Shown here piece by piece: positions 9,655 through 18,951 of a stretch of 64,000 nt of DNA; position 1 is the first letter of the stretch, and the number at the start of each line of letters is the position of its first letter. The notes beneath the pieces were generated by a model that was not told the DNA's origin, did no database searches, and saw only the letters and a program-made list of their open reading frames with translations. The stretch covers positions 140 through 64,139 of the forward strand of contig CAVVNC010000029.1 in assembly GCA_963749525.1 (NCBI GenBank). The letters run 5' to 3'. This stretch comes from an uncultured delta proteobacterium (GTDB taxonomy: Bacteria > Desulfobacterota > Syntrophorhabdia > Syntrophorhabdales > WCHB1-27). Position numbers and translations under genes: made by a program.

Positions 9655-10888
9655 ATGAAAACAAAGAGCATCTTTCTGTCGCTCGCCATCTTGCTCGTCG
9701 CAGTGTTTTTGCTCTCTCCGGCCTATGCGCAGGAGGGGACGAAGGCAATGAAGAGCGTGAAGATCGGCGTCATCAGTCCCTTGAGCGGCCCCTTACTTTC
9801 ATAGGGACGAGCATGCTCCGGTGCGTCCAGTTGGCGGTCAAGGACATCAACGAGAGGGGAACCACGGGAAACGGACCGGGGCTCCTTGTCGGCGGCCAGC
9901 GCTACAAGCTGGAGATCGTCAATTATGATGATTCCGCGGACCCCTCCAAGAGCGTGGCCGGCATGAGGAAGCTCGCCGAAATGTATAGCGTGCCTGTGGT
10001 TCTCGGGCCCCTTTGGCACGCCCCAGGTCTGGGCCACTCAAGAGGTCAACGTGGGGCTCAAGGTCCTTTACAACGGTCTTTCGACCTCTGATCAATCCCG
10101 CAAGAAGGGCAATCCCCTCTACATTCAGGAGCGCGTGCCCGGCATGTACTACGGGGATGCCATGGCCGAAGTGGCCGATCGAGAAAGGATACAAGAAGGC
10201 AGCCGTGCTCACCGACATCAATGAAGCTTACGTGTCGTGGGGCAAGAGGTTCGGTCAGAAGCTCGCAAGCCTCGGCGGGCAGGTTGTCGCATTTGAAAGC
10301 GTCGACATCAAGAACACGACCGATTACCACTCCATCATGACAAGCTTCAAGGCGAAGAACCCGGACATCATATTCGTCGCCACCTATGAGGAGCCCACGG
10401 CGCTGGCCGTCAACCACGCCCTCGATGTCGGCTTACAAGGGCAAGTTCATGGTCACGTCTGACTGGGGGATCAAGTCGGAGAAGATCGTCGGTCTCGACA
10501 GGATGGAGGGCTCGATGTCCAGGCGATGGTGCACACGTACTACAGAAAGTATCCCGATCAGGACAAGAGAGGGTACGCGACCGCCTTCATGAAGAAGTAC
10601 CAGGAAACGTACAAGGAAGATTTCGCGCAGCCCGGTCTCTCGGTCTACGATCCTGCTTGGATGTTCGCTCGGGCAATGGAGATCGCCGGCAGCGTCACCG
10701 ATGCCTATGCCATCCGCGCTGCCTGCCCCAAGGCGCTGGAAGAGGGCAAGCTGCCGATCATCTTCCCCAACAACGACGTGCTGAAGAACGGACTGATGGT
10801 GGGCGCTCCCGAGTTGATCCTGGAGGTGAAGGGCGGCCAGTATAAGCTCGTGAAGGAAATCAGGGTGCCGAAGAATATTCTCGAGTAG
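9655..10888 (+). pseudogene. branched-chain-amino-acid-type (LivK-like) ABC substrate-binding protein, five frameshifts
   Basis: ATG 9655 follows AAAGGAGG, and there is a signal peptide (MKTKSIFLSLAILLVAVFLLSPAYAQE). The protein-like sequence hops frames 1->3->1->2->3->2 at about 9789-9792 (C-run), 10008-10011, 10177, 10433-10434 and 10516-10517. The rejoined text reads ...ISPLSGPLTFIGTSMLR...VVLGPFGTPQVWATQEVN...EVAIEKGYKKAAVL...LDVGYKGKFMVTSDW...VQAMVHTYYRKYP... Confidence 0.8.
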
Positions 10889-10930
10889 TTCAGGCACCGC
10901 AAGAATCGAGAGTAGGCCGGGGGTTAGCTT

Positions 10931-11803
10931 TTGGTCGAGTTGGCTCAGTACCTGTTGAACGGGATCTCCCAGGGGTGCGTCTACGTGCTCCTGGCATCGG
11001 GTCTCACGATAATATTCGGTATCCTGAACGTGCCCAACTTTGCCCAGGGGCACCTCTACATGGTCGCCGCATACCTGGGCTTTTACATGGTAATGTCCTA
11101 CTCGACCAACTACTGGCTTGCCCTCGTGCTCGCCACGTTCGCCCTCGGGATTCTGGGGCTGCTCGTCTATTTCCTCGTCTTCTACCCCATAAGGAACGCG
11201 CCCGAGGTCAACCTCTTTGTAGCTGCCATGGCGCTCCTCATGATCCTCGAAGGGGGAGCGCTCTTTCTCTTCGGAACGGAAACGAAATGGTTCCTCATCC
11301 CGTGGAGCCGGAGCGTCCTGTCAGTGGGGAGTCTGTCGCTCCAGGTGCAGCGCGTGATCGTCATCGTCGGCACGACCGTCGTAATGTTCTTGCTCTGGTT
11401 CTTCATCAAGAGAACTGCCCTCGGTGCCGCACTCGAGGCAACGGCGCAGCACAGGGAGGGCGCGCTGCTCTGCGGAATCAAGGTGAGCCGCATTTCCGCC
11501 ATGGCCTTTGTCGTGGGCACGGCCCTTGCCGGGATCGCGGGGGTCCTTATCGGTCCTGCCGTGCTCCTTGAGCCCACCATGGGCATGGGGCCGCTCCTCG
11601 TGGCATTCTCCGCCATAATTTTCGGCGGGCTGGGCAGCATAGCAGGGGCAGTGGTCGGCAGTCTCATCCTCGGGGTGGTGGAGAGTCTGGCATCCGGGTA
11701 CATCAGCGCCATATACAGCCTCGCTTTTGTCTTCGCCATCATGATCGTCATGCTTCTGTTCCGTCCAAAAGGGCTGTTCGGCAAGGAGGTCTGGAGGCCT
11801 TGA
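10931..11803 (+). CDS. branched-chain amino acid ABC transporter permease (LivH-like)
   Basis: Intact 290-aa multi-TM ORF with an apparent TTG start. The N-terminus LAQYLLNGISQGCVYVLLASGLTIIFG is typical of the LivH family. Confidence 0.85.
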   Translation: MVELAQYLLNGISQGCVYVLLASGLTIIFGILNVPNFAQGHLYMVAAYLGFYMVMSYSTNYWLALVLATFALGILGLLVYFLVFYPIRNAPEVNLFVAAMALLMILEGGALFLFGTETKWFLIPWSRSVLSVGSLSLQVQRVIVIVGTTVVMFLLWFFIKRTALGAALEATAQHREGALLCGIKVSRISAMAFVVGTALAGIAGVLIGPAVLLEPTMGMGPLLVAFSAIIFGGLGSIAGAVVGSLILGVVESLASGYISAIYSLAFVFAIMIVMLLFRPKGLFGKEVWRP

Positions 11804-12798
11804 AGAGCATCTTTTCTCCGGTACGGACAGCCTGGCTCCTGGCCCTGATTGTTGCCGTACTCCTCCCCCTCTTTGTGGGGGGATACCTGACGAGCATTCT
11901 TCTCCTCATCGCCATCTGGGCGATCGTGGCCGTGAGCCTCAACCTGCTTTACGGGTACACAGGGCAGCTCTCGCTGGGCCACTCTGCCTTTCTCGGGATA
12001 GGCGCCTATGCATGTGGCATCATCGCGGTTAAGCTCCACGTCGGTTTCTGGCCGGCGTTTTTTGCCGCAATCGCGATCAGCGGCCTCTTCGGGTTCCTGA
12101 TCGGCATACCTGCACTCAAGCTGCGGGGGCCCTACTTTGTGCTGGTGACCCTCGGTTTCGCGGCTATCGTAGGCGTGATCGTGCTCGGGTGGACCCAGCT
12201 CACCGGCGGCGCCAACGGTCTTGCCGGCGTGCCGAGGCCCAACCCCATCCCTCTTCCTTTTGGCCGCACGCTGCGCTTTGATTCGCTCCTCGCCATGTAT
12301 TACTTCACTCTCTTTTTCCTCATAGTGATAGCCTTGATATGTCACCGCCTCGTGCGCTCGCTGCTCGGGCGGACATTCGTCGCCATCTCGCACGATGAAG
12401 ATCTGGCTGAATCGCTGGGCATCAACACCATGCAGAAGAAGCTGATCAGCTTCACGATCAGCGCCCTTTTCTCCGGCGTGGCAGGCGCCCTCTATGCGTC
12501 GTACAACTCGGTGATAAGCCCGGACATCGCCTATTTTGCGCGCGGCATGGACGTCCTGGCCTGCTTGATCGTGGGCGGCGCAGGGACCATGGCGGGGCCG
12601 ATCATCGGCACATTCGTCATGACGGCCATACCCGAGGCACTGCAGATCGTGCCCACCCTCAGAACGCTCATCAACGGCTTCATATTGTTGATTTTTATCA
12701 TCTTCCTGCCGACCGGTATCGCGGGCGGATTCAAAGCCCTCTTTTCGCGACGGGGCCATTCATTGAGATCAGGGATGGGGCGCAATGGCGTTGCTTGA
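11800..12798 (+). CDS. branched-chain amino acid ABC transporter permease (LivM-like)
   Basis: TTG 11800 overlaps the livH-like stop (tTGA) and lies 10 nt after AAGGAGG. YGYTGQLSLGHSAFLGIGAY is the LivM signature region. Confidence 0.85.
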   Translation: MKSIFSPVRTAWLLALIVAVLLPLFVGGYLTSILLLIAIWAIVAVSLNLLYGYTGQLSLGHSAFLGIGAYACGIIAVKLHVGFWPAFFAAIAISGLFGFLIGIPALKLRGPYFVLVTLGFAAIVGVIVLGWTQLTGGANGLAGVPRPNPIPLPFGRTLRFDSLLAMYYFTLFFLIVIALICHRLVRSLLGRTFVAISHDEDLAESLGINTMQKKLISFTISALFSGVAGALYASYNSVISPDIAYFARGMDVLACLIVGGAGTMAGPIIGTFVMTAIPEALQIVPTLRTLINGFILLIFIIFLPTGIAGGFKALFSRRGHSLRSGMGRNGVA

Positions 12799-13555
12799 GG
12801 TTTCGGGCTTGGTCAAGACGTTCGGCGGGCTCACCGCGGTGAGCAGGCTCAACTTCAGCGTGGAACAGGGTCGGCTCGTGAGCATCATCGGGCCCAATGG
12901 GGCGGGGAAGACCACGCTCTTCAATCTCCTCACGGGAATCTACCGGCCCACCGCGGGCAAGGTCGTATTTGACGGCAATGACATTACCGGGTGCAAACCC
13001 TACGAGTCAGCCGCGCCGCGGCATGGGGCGGACGTTCCAGAAGACCACTGTTTTCCGAAGCGAGACCGTGCTGGACAACGTGATCATCGGCCAATCCGTT
13101 CATCTGAAAACGGGTGTCTGGGGGGCAATAGCGCGAACGGCCGGGGCGCGGCGCGAGGAGGAGAAAGTCCGGAAGAAGGCGCGCTCGGTCCTCGAGTTTG
13201 TCGGGTCTGGCGAACATGGAAGAGAGGCACGGCCGGTAGTCTGACGGAAGAGGCGCAGAAAAGGCTGTCCATAGCGATGGTTCTCGCCCCGGACCCGAAG
13301 CTGCTGCTCCTTGACGAGCCGACGGGCGGCGTCAACCTCGAAGAGATCGGCGGTCTCATCGAGCTGGTCAAGAAGATTCAGGAGTCGGGCATCACTGTCT
13401 GTCTCATCGAGCATAAGATGCGCATGGTGATGAGCATGTCGGACCGCATCATCGTTCTCAATTATGGGACCAACATCGCAGAAGGCACGCCGGCTGAAGT
13501 GGCGAGCAACAAAGAGGTGATCGAAGCTTACCTGGGGGCGCGACGTGTTGCTTAG
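12785..13555 (+). pseudogene. ABC transporter ATP-binding protein (LivG-like) with three +1 insertions that together restore the frame
   Basis: Walker A GPNGAGKTT and the C-terminal LLLLDEPTGG are in one frame. The middle part (RGMGRTFQKTTVFRSETVLDNV...LEFVG / LANMEERH / AGSLTEEAQKRL) lies in the other two frames. The extra bases are at about 13016-13017 (c), 13203-13205 (g) and 13231-13232 (g). Confidence 0.8.
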
Positions 13556-14256
13556 CGTGGATGCAATACAGACCCGCTACGGAACGTTCCAGGCCCTTCG
13601 GGACGTATCGCTTGAAGTCGACGCCGGGGAAGTGGTGACGATCCTCGGAGCAAACGGTTCCGGGAAGACGACGCTGCTGAGGACCATATCGGGCCTCGTC
13701 TCGCCTGCCTCCGGAAGCATTCAATTCAACGGGGAACGGCTCGACAGGGTCGCGCCTGACGCCATCGTCAAGCTCGGGATCTCCCTTTGTCCGGAAGGAA
13801 GGATGCTTTTCCCGGAGATGTCCGTGCAGAAGAATCTGGAGCTGGGTGCGTACGTGCACAGGAAGAAAGGCTAGCCTCGTCGAAGAGGCGAAGGACGAAG
13901 TGTACGGGCTTTTTCCCCGGCTCAAGGAGAGGCGGAAACAGGCTGCGGGCACCATGTCCGGCGGCGAGCAGCAGATGCTGGCCATAGGAAGGGCGCTCAT
14001 GTCGAGGCCGCGGCTCCTCATGCTCGATGAACCCTCCCTCGGCCTTGCCCCGCTGGTGGTGATGAATATCATGGATACCCTTCTCGAGATCAAGAAGCGG
14101 AAGACGTCAATCCTTCTCGTTGAGCAGAATGCCGCCGAATCGCTGAGAATTGCCGACCGCGGCTACGTGCTCGAAACCGGAAAGGTCGTCCTGTCAGGGG
14201 ACAGAGAGAGCCTGATGAACGACGAGAAAGTCAAGCAATCCTACCTGGGCACGTAA
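13545..14256 (+). pseudogene. ABC transporter ATP-binding protein (LivF-like), one +1 frameshift
   Basis: GTG start. Walker A GANGSGKTT is in ORF 13545..13874; [14 protein letters not shown] and [13 protein letters not shown] are in ORF 13846..14256. Removing one g at 13869-13870 (aagaaaGGct) gives ...[23 protein letters not shown]... Confidence 0.8.
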
Positions 14257-14408
14257 CGTACACAAGCCCACATTCCTTCCGTCCTGCCCAACCCGAAAAG
14301 CGGGCGTCAGCAATGGGTGGCAATTCCAAAAAAACCGAGGTTGTGGTAGCCTATAGGGGTAAACGGGCCATTTCGAAGGCGCAAAAAAGAGGAAAACGGG
14401 GTCGATCC

Positions 14409-15575
14409 ATGTTTCACACTGCGGACGGGGACGAGATCAGGAAAGGCAGGATCACGGACGTCTATTTTAACCGGACCCTCGAAGTGCTGAAGGCCAAGGG
14501 CATCGACAAGAGGGTCCGGGCTGAGTTCATCGTGAAGTCTCTGCCCGGCAACATCCCCTGGGCGATCTTCGCGGGTCTGGAGGAGCTTTCCGAGGTGGTG
14601 CGCGGCCTCGACGTAAAGATGAGGGCCATGAGGGAAGGTACGGTATTCAGGCCCTACGAGCCGGTCCTGGAGATAGAGGGCATGTACACCGAGTTTGCCG
14701 TCATGGAGACGAGCATGCTCGGTCTCATATGCCAGGCTTCGGGCGTGGCCACGAAGGCTGCCCGGTGCAAGAAGGCGGCCGACGGAAGGCCGGTCATCAG
14801 CTTCGGCGCTCGAAGGATGCACCCTGCCATCGCGCCCATGGTAGAGAGAAACGCCTTCGTGGGCGGTTGTGACGGCGTCTCCGTCCCCTTCGCCGCGGAA
14901 ATGATCGGGGAGGAGCCGTCCGGCACCATGCCCCACTCTTTGATGCTCGTCATGGGCGACACGGTCGAGGCGGCCCTGGCCTTTGATGAAGTCGTGGACA
15001 AGGCGATAAGGCGCATCGTGCTCATCGACACCTTTAACGACGAGAAGGTGGAAGCCTTGAGGGTGGCGGAGGCATTGAAAGAGAGGCTCTATGGGGTGAG
15101 GCTCGACACGCCCCATTCGAGGAGGGGCAATTTCGCAAGGATCCTCGAAGAGGTGCGGTGGGAGCTGAACCTCAGGGGCCACGGACACGTGCAGATATAT
15201 GTGAGCGGCGGCATCGACGAGGACCAGATGGCGAATCTCAACCCGTACGTCGACGGCTACGGCGTGGGAACGACCATCTCGAACGCCAGGGTCCTCGATT
15301 TTGCCATGGATATCATGGAGGTGGAGGGCACGGCCTTTGCCAAGAGGGGAAAGATGTCCGGCCCTAAGAGGGTACTCCGGTGCACGCGATGCCGCCATGA
15401 CAGAATAATCCCCTTCCCCGGGGAGCCTGCGGGCACGTGCCGGTGCGGGGGCCCCATGGAGGACCTCCTGGTCCCCTGGTACGACGGAGAGGAGTTCCTT
15501 TTCGAGGATGAGGCGCCCCAATCGATCAGGGAGCGGGTCCTTTCGGAGCTGCCCTATTTCGGGCTCGATTCATGA
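14409..15575 (+). CDS. pncB: nicotinate phosphoribosyltransferase (archaeal/clostridial type)
   Basis: The ORF is open from 14313, but the homologous N-terminus starts at ATG 14409 (MFHTADGDEIRKGRITDVYFNRTLEVL). METSMLGLICQASGVATKAAR...FGARRMHP...GVRLDTP are typical NAPRTase regions. Confidence 0.8.
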   Translation: MFHTADGDEIRKGRITDVYFNRTLEVLKAKGIDKRVRAEFIVKSLPGNIPWAIFAGLEELSEVVRGLDVKMRAMREGTVFRPYEPVLEIEGMYTEFAVMETSMLGLICQASGVATKAARCKKAADGRPVISFGARRMHPAIAPMVERNAFVGGCDGVSVPFAAEMIGEEPSGTMPHSLMLVMGDTVEAALAFDEVVDKAIRRIVLIDTFNDEKVEALRVAEALKERLYGVRLDTPHSRRGNFARILEEVRWELNLRGHGHVQIYVSGGIDEDQMANLNPYVDGYGVGTTISNARVLDFAMDIMEVEGTAFAKRGKMSGPKRVLRCTRCRHDRIIPFPGEPAGTCRCGGPMEDLLVPWYDGEEFLFEDEAPQSIRERVLSELPYFGLDS

Positions 15576-15994
15576 CCATATGCGTTATTGACGGACAGGG
15601 CGGCAAGATAGGCAGTGTCATCATTGCCCGGCTCAGGGAGCGGCTCAGGGAGAACGTCGAGATCATCGCCCTGGGCACCAATTCCTCCGCCACGGAGAAC
15701 ATGATGAAGGCCCGTGCCAACAGGGGCGCATCAGGGGAGAACGCCATCGTGGTCACTGCCCGCAGGGCAGACATCATCATCGGCACCTTGAATATCCTCA
15801 TGGCCGACTCCATGCTGGGCGAGCTTACCCCCCTCATGGCGCGCGCGATAGCGGATTCGCCTGCCATCAAGTTCGTGCTCCCCGTGACGCAGGAAAGGGT
15901 AGTGGTCGTGGGGAAGACCGACCTGTCGATCCCCCAGATGGTCGGTGTCCTGATCGACGAGGTGGAAAAGGAGATTGGCAGATGTGTGAGGTAA
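15572..15994 (+). CDS. DUF3842-family protein
   Basis: The ATG overlaps the pncB stop (ATGA). MTICVIDGQGGKIGSVII...IIALGTNSSATENMMKARANRGASGENAI matches my recollection of the DUF3842 pattern (xVIDGQGGGIG...ALGTN..AT..M). Function is unknown. Confidence 0.5.
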   Translation: MTICVIDGQGGKIGSVIIARLRERLRENVEIIALGTNSSATENMMKARANRGASGENAIVVTARRADIIIGTLNILMADSMLGELTPLMARAIADSPAIKFVLPVTQERVVVVGKTDLSIPQMVGVLIDEVEKEIGRCVR

Positions 15995-16173
15995 GGGTGT
16001 TCAAGCATGAGTTGGGCGAAGAGAAGCTCCTTCTCAGGGATGTCTACCTGATACAGGAAGAGCGCGACGGGCTCAGGTTCGAGACGATCTTCGGCGAGCA
16101 GAAAGTCTTTGATGCGGAGATAGAGTCCGTCTCTTTCTCGGAAAACAAGGTCGTCATCCGGGAGAAGGGCTGA
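15982..16173 (+). CDS. CooT-family small protein (putative nickel-binding)
   Basis: 63 aa, starting with MCE (Cys2 is the Ni ligand in CooT). It overlaps the DUF3842 gene by 13 nt. Length and beta-rich pattern fit the CooT family. Confidence 0.55.
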   Translation: MCEVRVFKHELGEEKLLLRDVYLIQEERDGLRFETIFGEQKVFDAEIESVSFSENKVVIREKG

Positions 16174-16314
16174 TCGGCTTATTTTCGATCTTTTCGAGAG
16201 GAACAGCGTCATCTGCCGCGACACGCCCTTTCCTCTCGGAAAGCTGGGGCCAGCTCATGACGTCCTTTTAGCTCGTGCGCCTCACCCGGCGATTGACAAG
16301 CGAGGCCAGGCCTC

Positions 16315-16917
16315 ATGCTCGATCGGCTTATGCTCGATCATTTTCTTAAATCCTTCATTCCGGTCTTTATCGCCCTCGACGTTCTCGGAGTACTTCCCCT
16401 CTACGCCGGCTTTTCCATGGACCTCGACGAGAAGAGGAAGAGGAGGGTGCTCCGGGAATCGATCATCACCGCCTTCTTCGTTGCCCTCGGCTTTGTCCTC
16501 ATAGGGAACCAGATTCTCATCTACCTCAACATAGCCATTGAGGATTTCCTCATCGCAGGGGGCGTTATCCTCTTCATCATCGCGGCGAGGGACCTCATCG
16601 GCCTGAGCCGGGAGGACCTCGCCGGTCAGGACGACCTCTTTGCCGTCGTGCCCCTCGGGGTACCGCTTCTGGCGGGGCCTGCCCTTCTCGCCACGTCCCT
16701 CATCATCTTCAATACTTTCGGCTTCGCCTATGTGCTCGTCTCCCTGGTGCTCAATCTGCTCATCGCGGGCGCGGCCTTCAAGTATTCCTTCCTCATCCTT
16801 CGCTTCGTGAGCCGGCGCTGGGTCGTGGCGATGTCGAAGGTCTTCCTGTTGCTTCTCGCGAGCATCGCGGTCATGTTCATCCGCACAGGCCTGCAAGGAT
16901 TGAGGCCGCCGCACTAG
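16315..16917 (+). CDS. MarC/UPF0056 family integral membrane protein
   Basis: 200-aa, 6-TM ORF. FIPVFIALDVLGVLPLY...IAGGVILFIIAARDL is typical of the MarC family. Confidence 0.8.
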   Translation: MLDRLMLDHFLKSFIPVFIALDVLGVLPLYAGFSMDLDEKRKRRVLRESIITAFFVALGFVLIGNQILIYLNIAIEDFLIAGGVILFIIAARDLIGLSREDLAGQDDLFAVVPLGVPLLAGPALLATSLIIFNTFGFAYVLVSLVLNLLIAGAAFKYSFLILRFVSRRWVVAMSKVFLLLLASIAVMFIRTGLQGLRPPH

Positions 16918-16924
16918 CGGCATG

Positions 16925-17254
16925 AGAAAAAGGCTTCGGGTAGACATGCAAGCCGGGACGGTGCGCATGAAGGAATCGCACCGCCCCCTGACCACTGCCC
17001 TACTGGCCTCGGATATACATCGAGTATTATCCTCGGCCAACCCGGTTCAGATTGCATCCACACCTCACGCGATCGTTTTTTCCAAGGCGGGAAAAACGAT
17101 CCTTGATCCCTCCATGCGGACCGTCCACACAATTACTGGGGCTCAGCGCCCCCTCCACAGGCAAAGCCTGCGAAGCCTCCCCCCTCAGCCTCGCTTCGCT
17201 CGTGTCGCCGGGTCTATCAGCCGACCGACCCGGCGATGAAAATGCAACATCCTA
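16925..17254 (+). repeat. interspersed intergenic repeat, copy A (modules W 16925-17004, X 17005-17120, Y 17138-17202, tail to 17254)
   Basis: It aligns by eye to 25141-25416 and, with modules permuted, to 45090-45327. Its Y module recurs twice, inverted, at 54575-54739. X contains two hairpins, at 17005-17037 and 17071-17101 (gatcgttttttcc-aaggc-gggaaaaacgatc). Confidence 0.7.
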
Positions 17255-17389
17255 GGACCAACAAAGACAAGGTGGACTTTCTTGGGGCTGCGCGGCACTG
17301 GGGGATTGATGGCACCGCCGCCCGGCAGGGAAAAGGACTCTCGTAGGTTCCTTGAGTCTTTGAACCGAAGCCGCATTTTGCCTTTCCCT

Positions 17390-17894
17390 TTACCCCCACG
17401 CTCTCCGTCCGGCGGGCATGAGAAAGAGAAGAGGAATGGAGACCACAAACGTGAGACCCAAGACGATGAAGACAATCGTGAAGCCGGAGGTGAGGTCATG
17501 GCTCACGTGAAGGATGAAGGTGACCAGCGAGATGCCGAGGGCGGCGCCGACATTCCTGAACATGTTTCTGAGCCCGACGACTGTCCCCACCTTCTCGGGC
17601 ATCAATTCTATGCAGGCGTTGTTAGAAGCGGGGAAAACCATTCCTCCGGCGATTCCGTTCACGAAGAGGAGGATTGAAAGCATTCCTACGGTCCCCATCC
17701 GGAAGCCCGAGGCACCCCACATGAGCAGTCCCGGCGCCTGCAGAATGGTCGTGATGGCGATGAAGACGAAACCGAGCACCATGGGCCAGCGGTAACCCCA
17801 TCTTCGCAGAAGGAAAGCCGTGACGGTGGCTGCTCCAGCCATCGCAACGGAGCGTGGGGTGAGAATCACTCCGCTCATCAGGGTGGAGAGCTTA
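17390..17894 (-). pseudogene. MFS transporter, C-terminal fragment (gene split by IS630 insertion)
   Basis: The TM-rich ORF ...KLSTLMSGVILTPRSVAMAGAATVTAFLL... continues the N-terminal fragment at 19022..19892 once the IS is removed. Confidence 0.75.
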
Positions 17895-17896
17895 TA

Positions 17897-18454
17897 CTAA
17901 GTTGCCATCTTAATACCACTTATGATCCAGTCGAACCCGGTGAGTCCGGCAACCTTTTCAGAGCTGCGCTCCAGTGTGGCCAGGGCTTCCATGAGCATGT
18001 CTTCCACGGCGGTAATGTTCCTAAAGACAAGATTTGGGAACCACTTTTCTCTGATCTCCTCCCAAAGGTGTTCCGCGGGATTCAGCTCAGGGCTGTAGGG
18101 AGGCAAGTTGAGTAGCCGTATGTTGGGGGGAATGACGAGAGCCCTGGCTTTGTGCCAGCCGGCCTGATCCATGAACATAAGGATCGTTTCATCGGGATGT
18201 CTTTCGGAGACGACGGAGAGGAACAGTGACATCGAGTCCGTATCGACGTCGGGAAGGATAAGAGAATCGAGCACGCCGTCAAGAGGGCTTGCCGCTCCGT
18301 AGGCATAGGTATATTCCCGGACAAGCTGGAGGGGTACTGCGGGCCTTACCCCCTTTGGCGCCCAGCAGCATCGCGGGTCACTGATCCGGCCGAAACGCGC
18401 CTCGTCCTCGAACATGATCCGTATCCTCGTACTGTCTCCGGCAGCCTCTTTCAC
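17897..18454 (-). CDS. IS630-family transposase, DDE catalytic part (orfB)
   Basis: IMFEDEARFG...FMDQAGWHK...LPPYSPELNPAEHLWEEIR is the DDE_3/IS630 signature (D...D...E region). Confidence 0.8.
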   Translation of the reverse strand: MKEAAGDSTRIRIMFEDEARFGRISDPRCCWAPKGVRPAVPLQLVREYTYAYGAASPLDGVLDSLILPDVDTDSMSLFLSVVSERHPDETILMFMDQAGWHKARALVIPPNIRLLNLPPYSPELNPAEHLWEEIREKWFPNLVFRNITAVEDMLMEALATLERSSEKVAGLTGFDWIISGIKMAT

Positions 18455-18951
18455 TACTTCGGAGAATTTTTTTTAAACTCCTCTTGAAGGAGCACATCCG
18501 CTTTCGGATGGTGAGGGCGGGGAGTGATCTTTCTCCACCCGTGACGGGCGAGCATTCGATAGATTGTTGATTTTGGCACGGCGTGTTCCACGGCTTTTTC
18601 ATAGGCCCTTTTGACCTCACCTACCATGAGGATCTCCCCCCTGGCCGCCTTCTCGAGAAAGGACGAAAGAAAAGCATGTTCCTCATCCGCCGTCATATTC
18701 GCCCGATACCTGCCGCCACGCCTGGACGCCCGAAGCGCCTCTTCACCCTCCTTAAGATACTGGGCTTGGAGATGACGGACCGAGCTTGTATGCCAACCTA
18801 TGGCGACGGCGACGTCATGGGACGACAGCGCTAGAGACGCCCGTAGCCATAGACACTGCACCCTCTGGAATTGCGTCTTTGTTTTCACCTTCTTCAGCAA
18901 CTGCCCCAAAGACTCTTTGGAACCCGGTGGCAAGGGTGCGGGTCTTCTCAT
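18454..18951 (-). CDS. IS630-family transposase, N-terminal HTH part (orfA)
   Basis: Helix-turn-helix-like N-terminal domain. It ends ...LLQEEFKKNSPK* just after an A8 run (T8 on the + strand, 18467-18474). A -1 shift there reads on as ...KKFSEVVKEAAGDSTRIRIMFEDE into orfB. Confidence 0.75.
   Translation of the reverse strand: MRRPAPLPPGSKESLGQLLKKVKTKTQFQRVQCLWLRASLALSSHDVAVAIGWHTSSVRHLQAQYLKEGEEALRASRRGGRYRANMTADEEHAFLSSFLEKAARGEILMVGEVKRAYEKAVEHAVPKSTIYRMLARHGWRKITPRPHHPKADVLLQEEFKKNSPK

Noticed and set aside
11182-12759. 525-aa ORF on the minus strand
   Set aside because: It is antisense to the livH/livM-like permease genes, with a low-complexity R/G/P/H/E-rich translation. It is a shadow ORF.
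2251-13870. Programmed ribosomal frameshifting as an explanation for the many frame changes
   Set aside because: No slippery heptamers or stimulatory structures occur at the shift sites. There are several shifts per gene, including pairs 20-70 codons apart, and the sites have unrelated sequences. The only plausible slippery site in the window is the A8 run in the IS630 transposase.
17052-17255. Repeat-encoded peptides (GLSAPSTGKA..., also at 25034..25390, 45081..45401 and the start of 50746..54741) as a possible small-protein family
   Set aside because: The similarity follows the DNA repeat in whichever frame is open. The copies differ by indels that break the frame, and there are no RBS or start signals. 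The conservation is best explained at the nucleotide or structure level.
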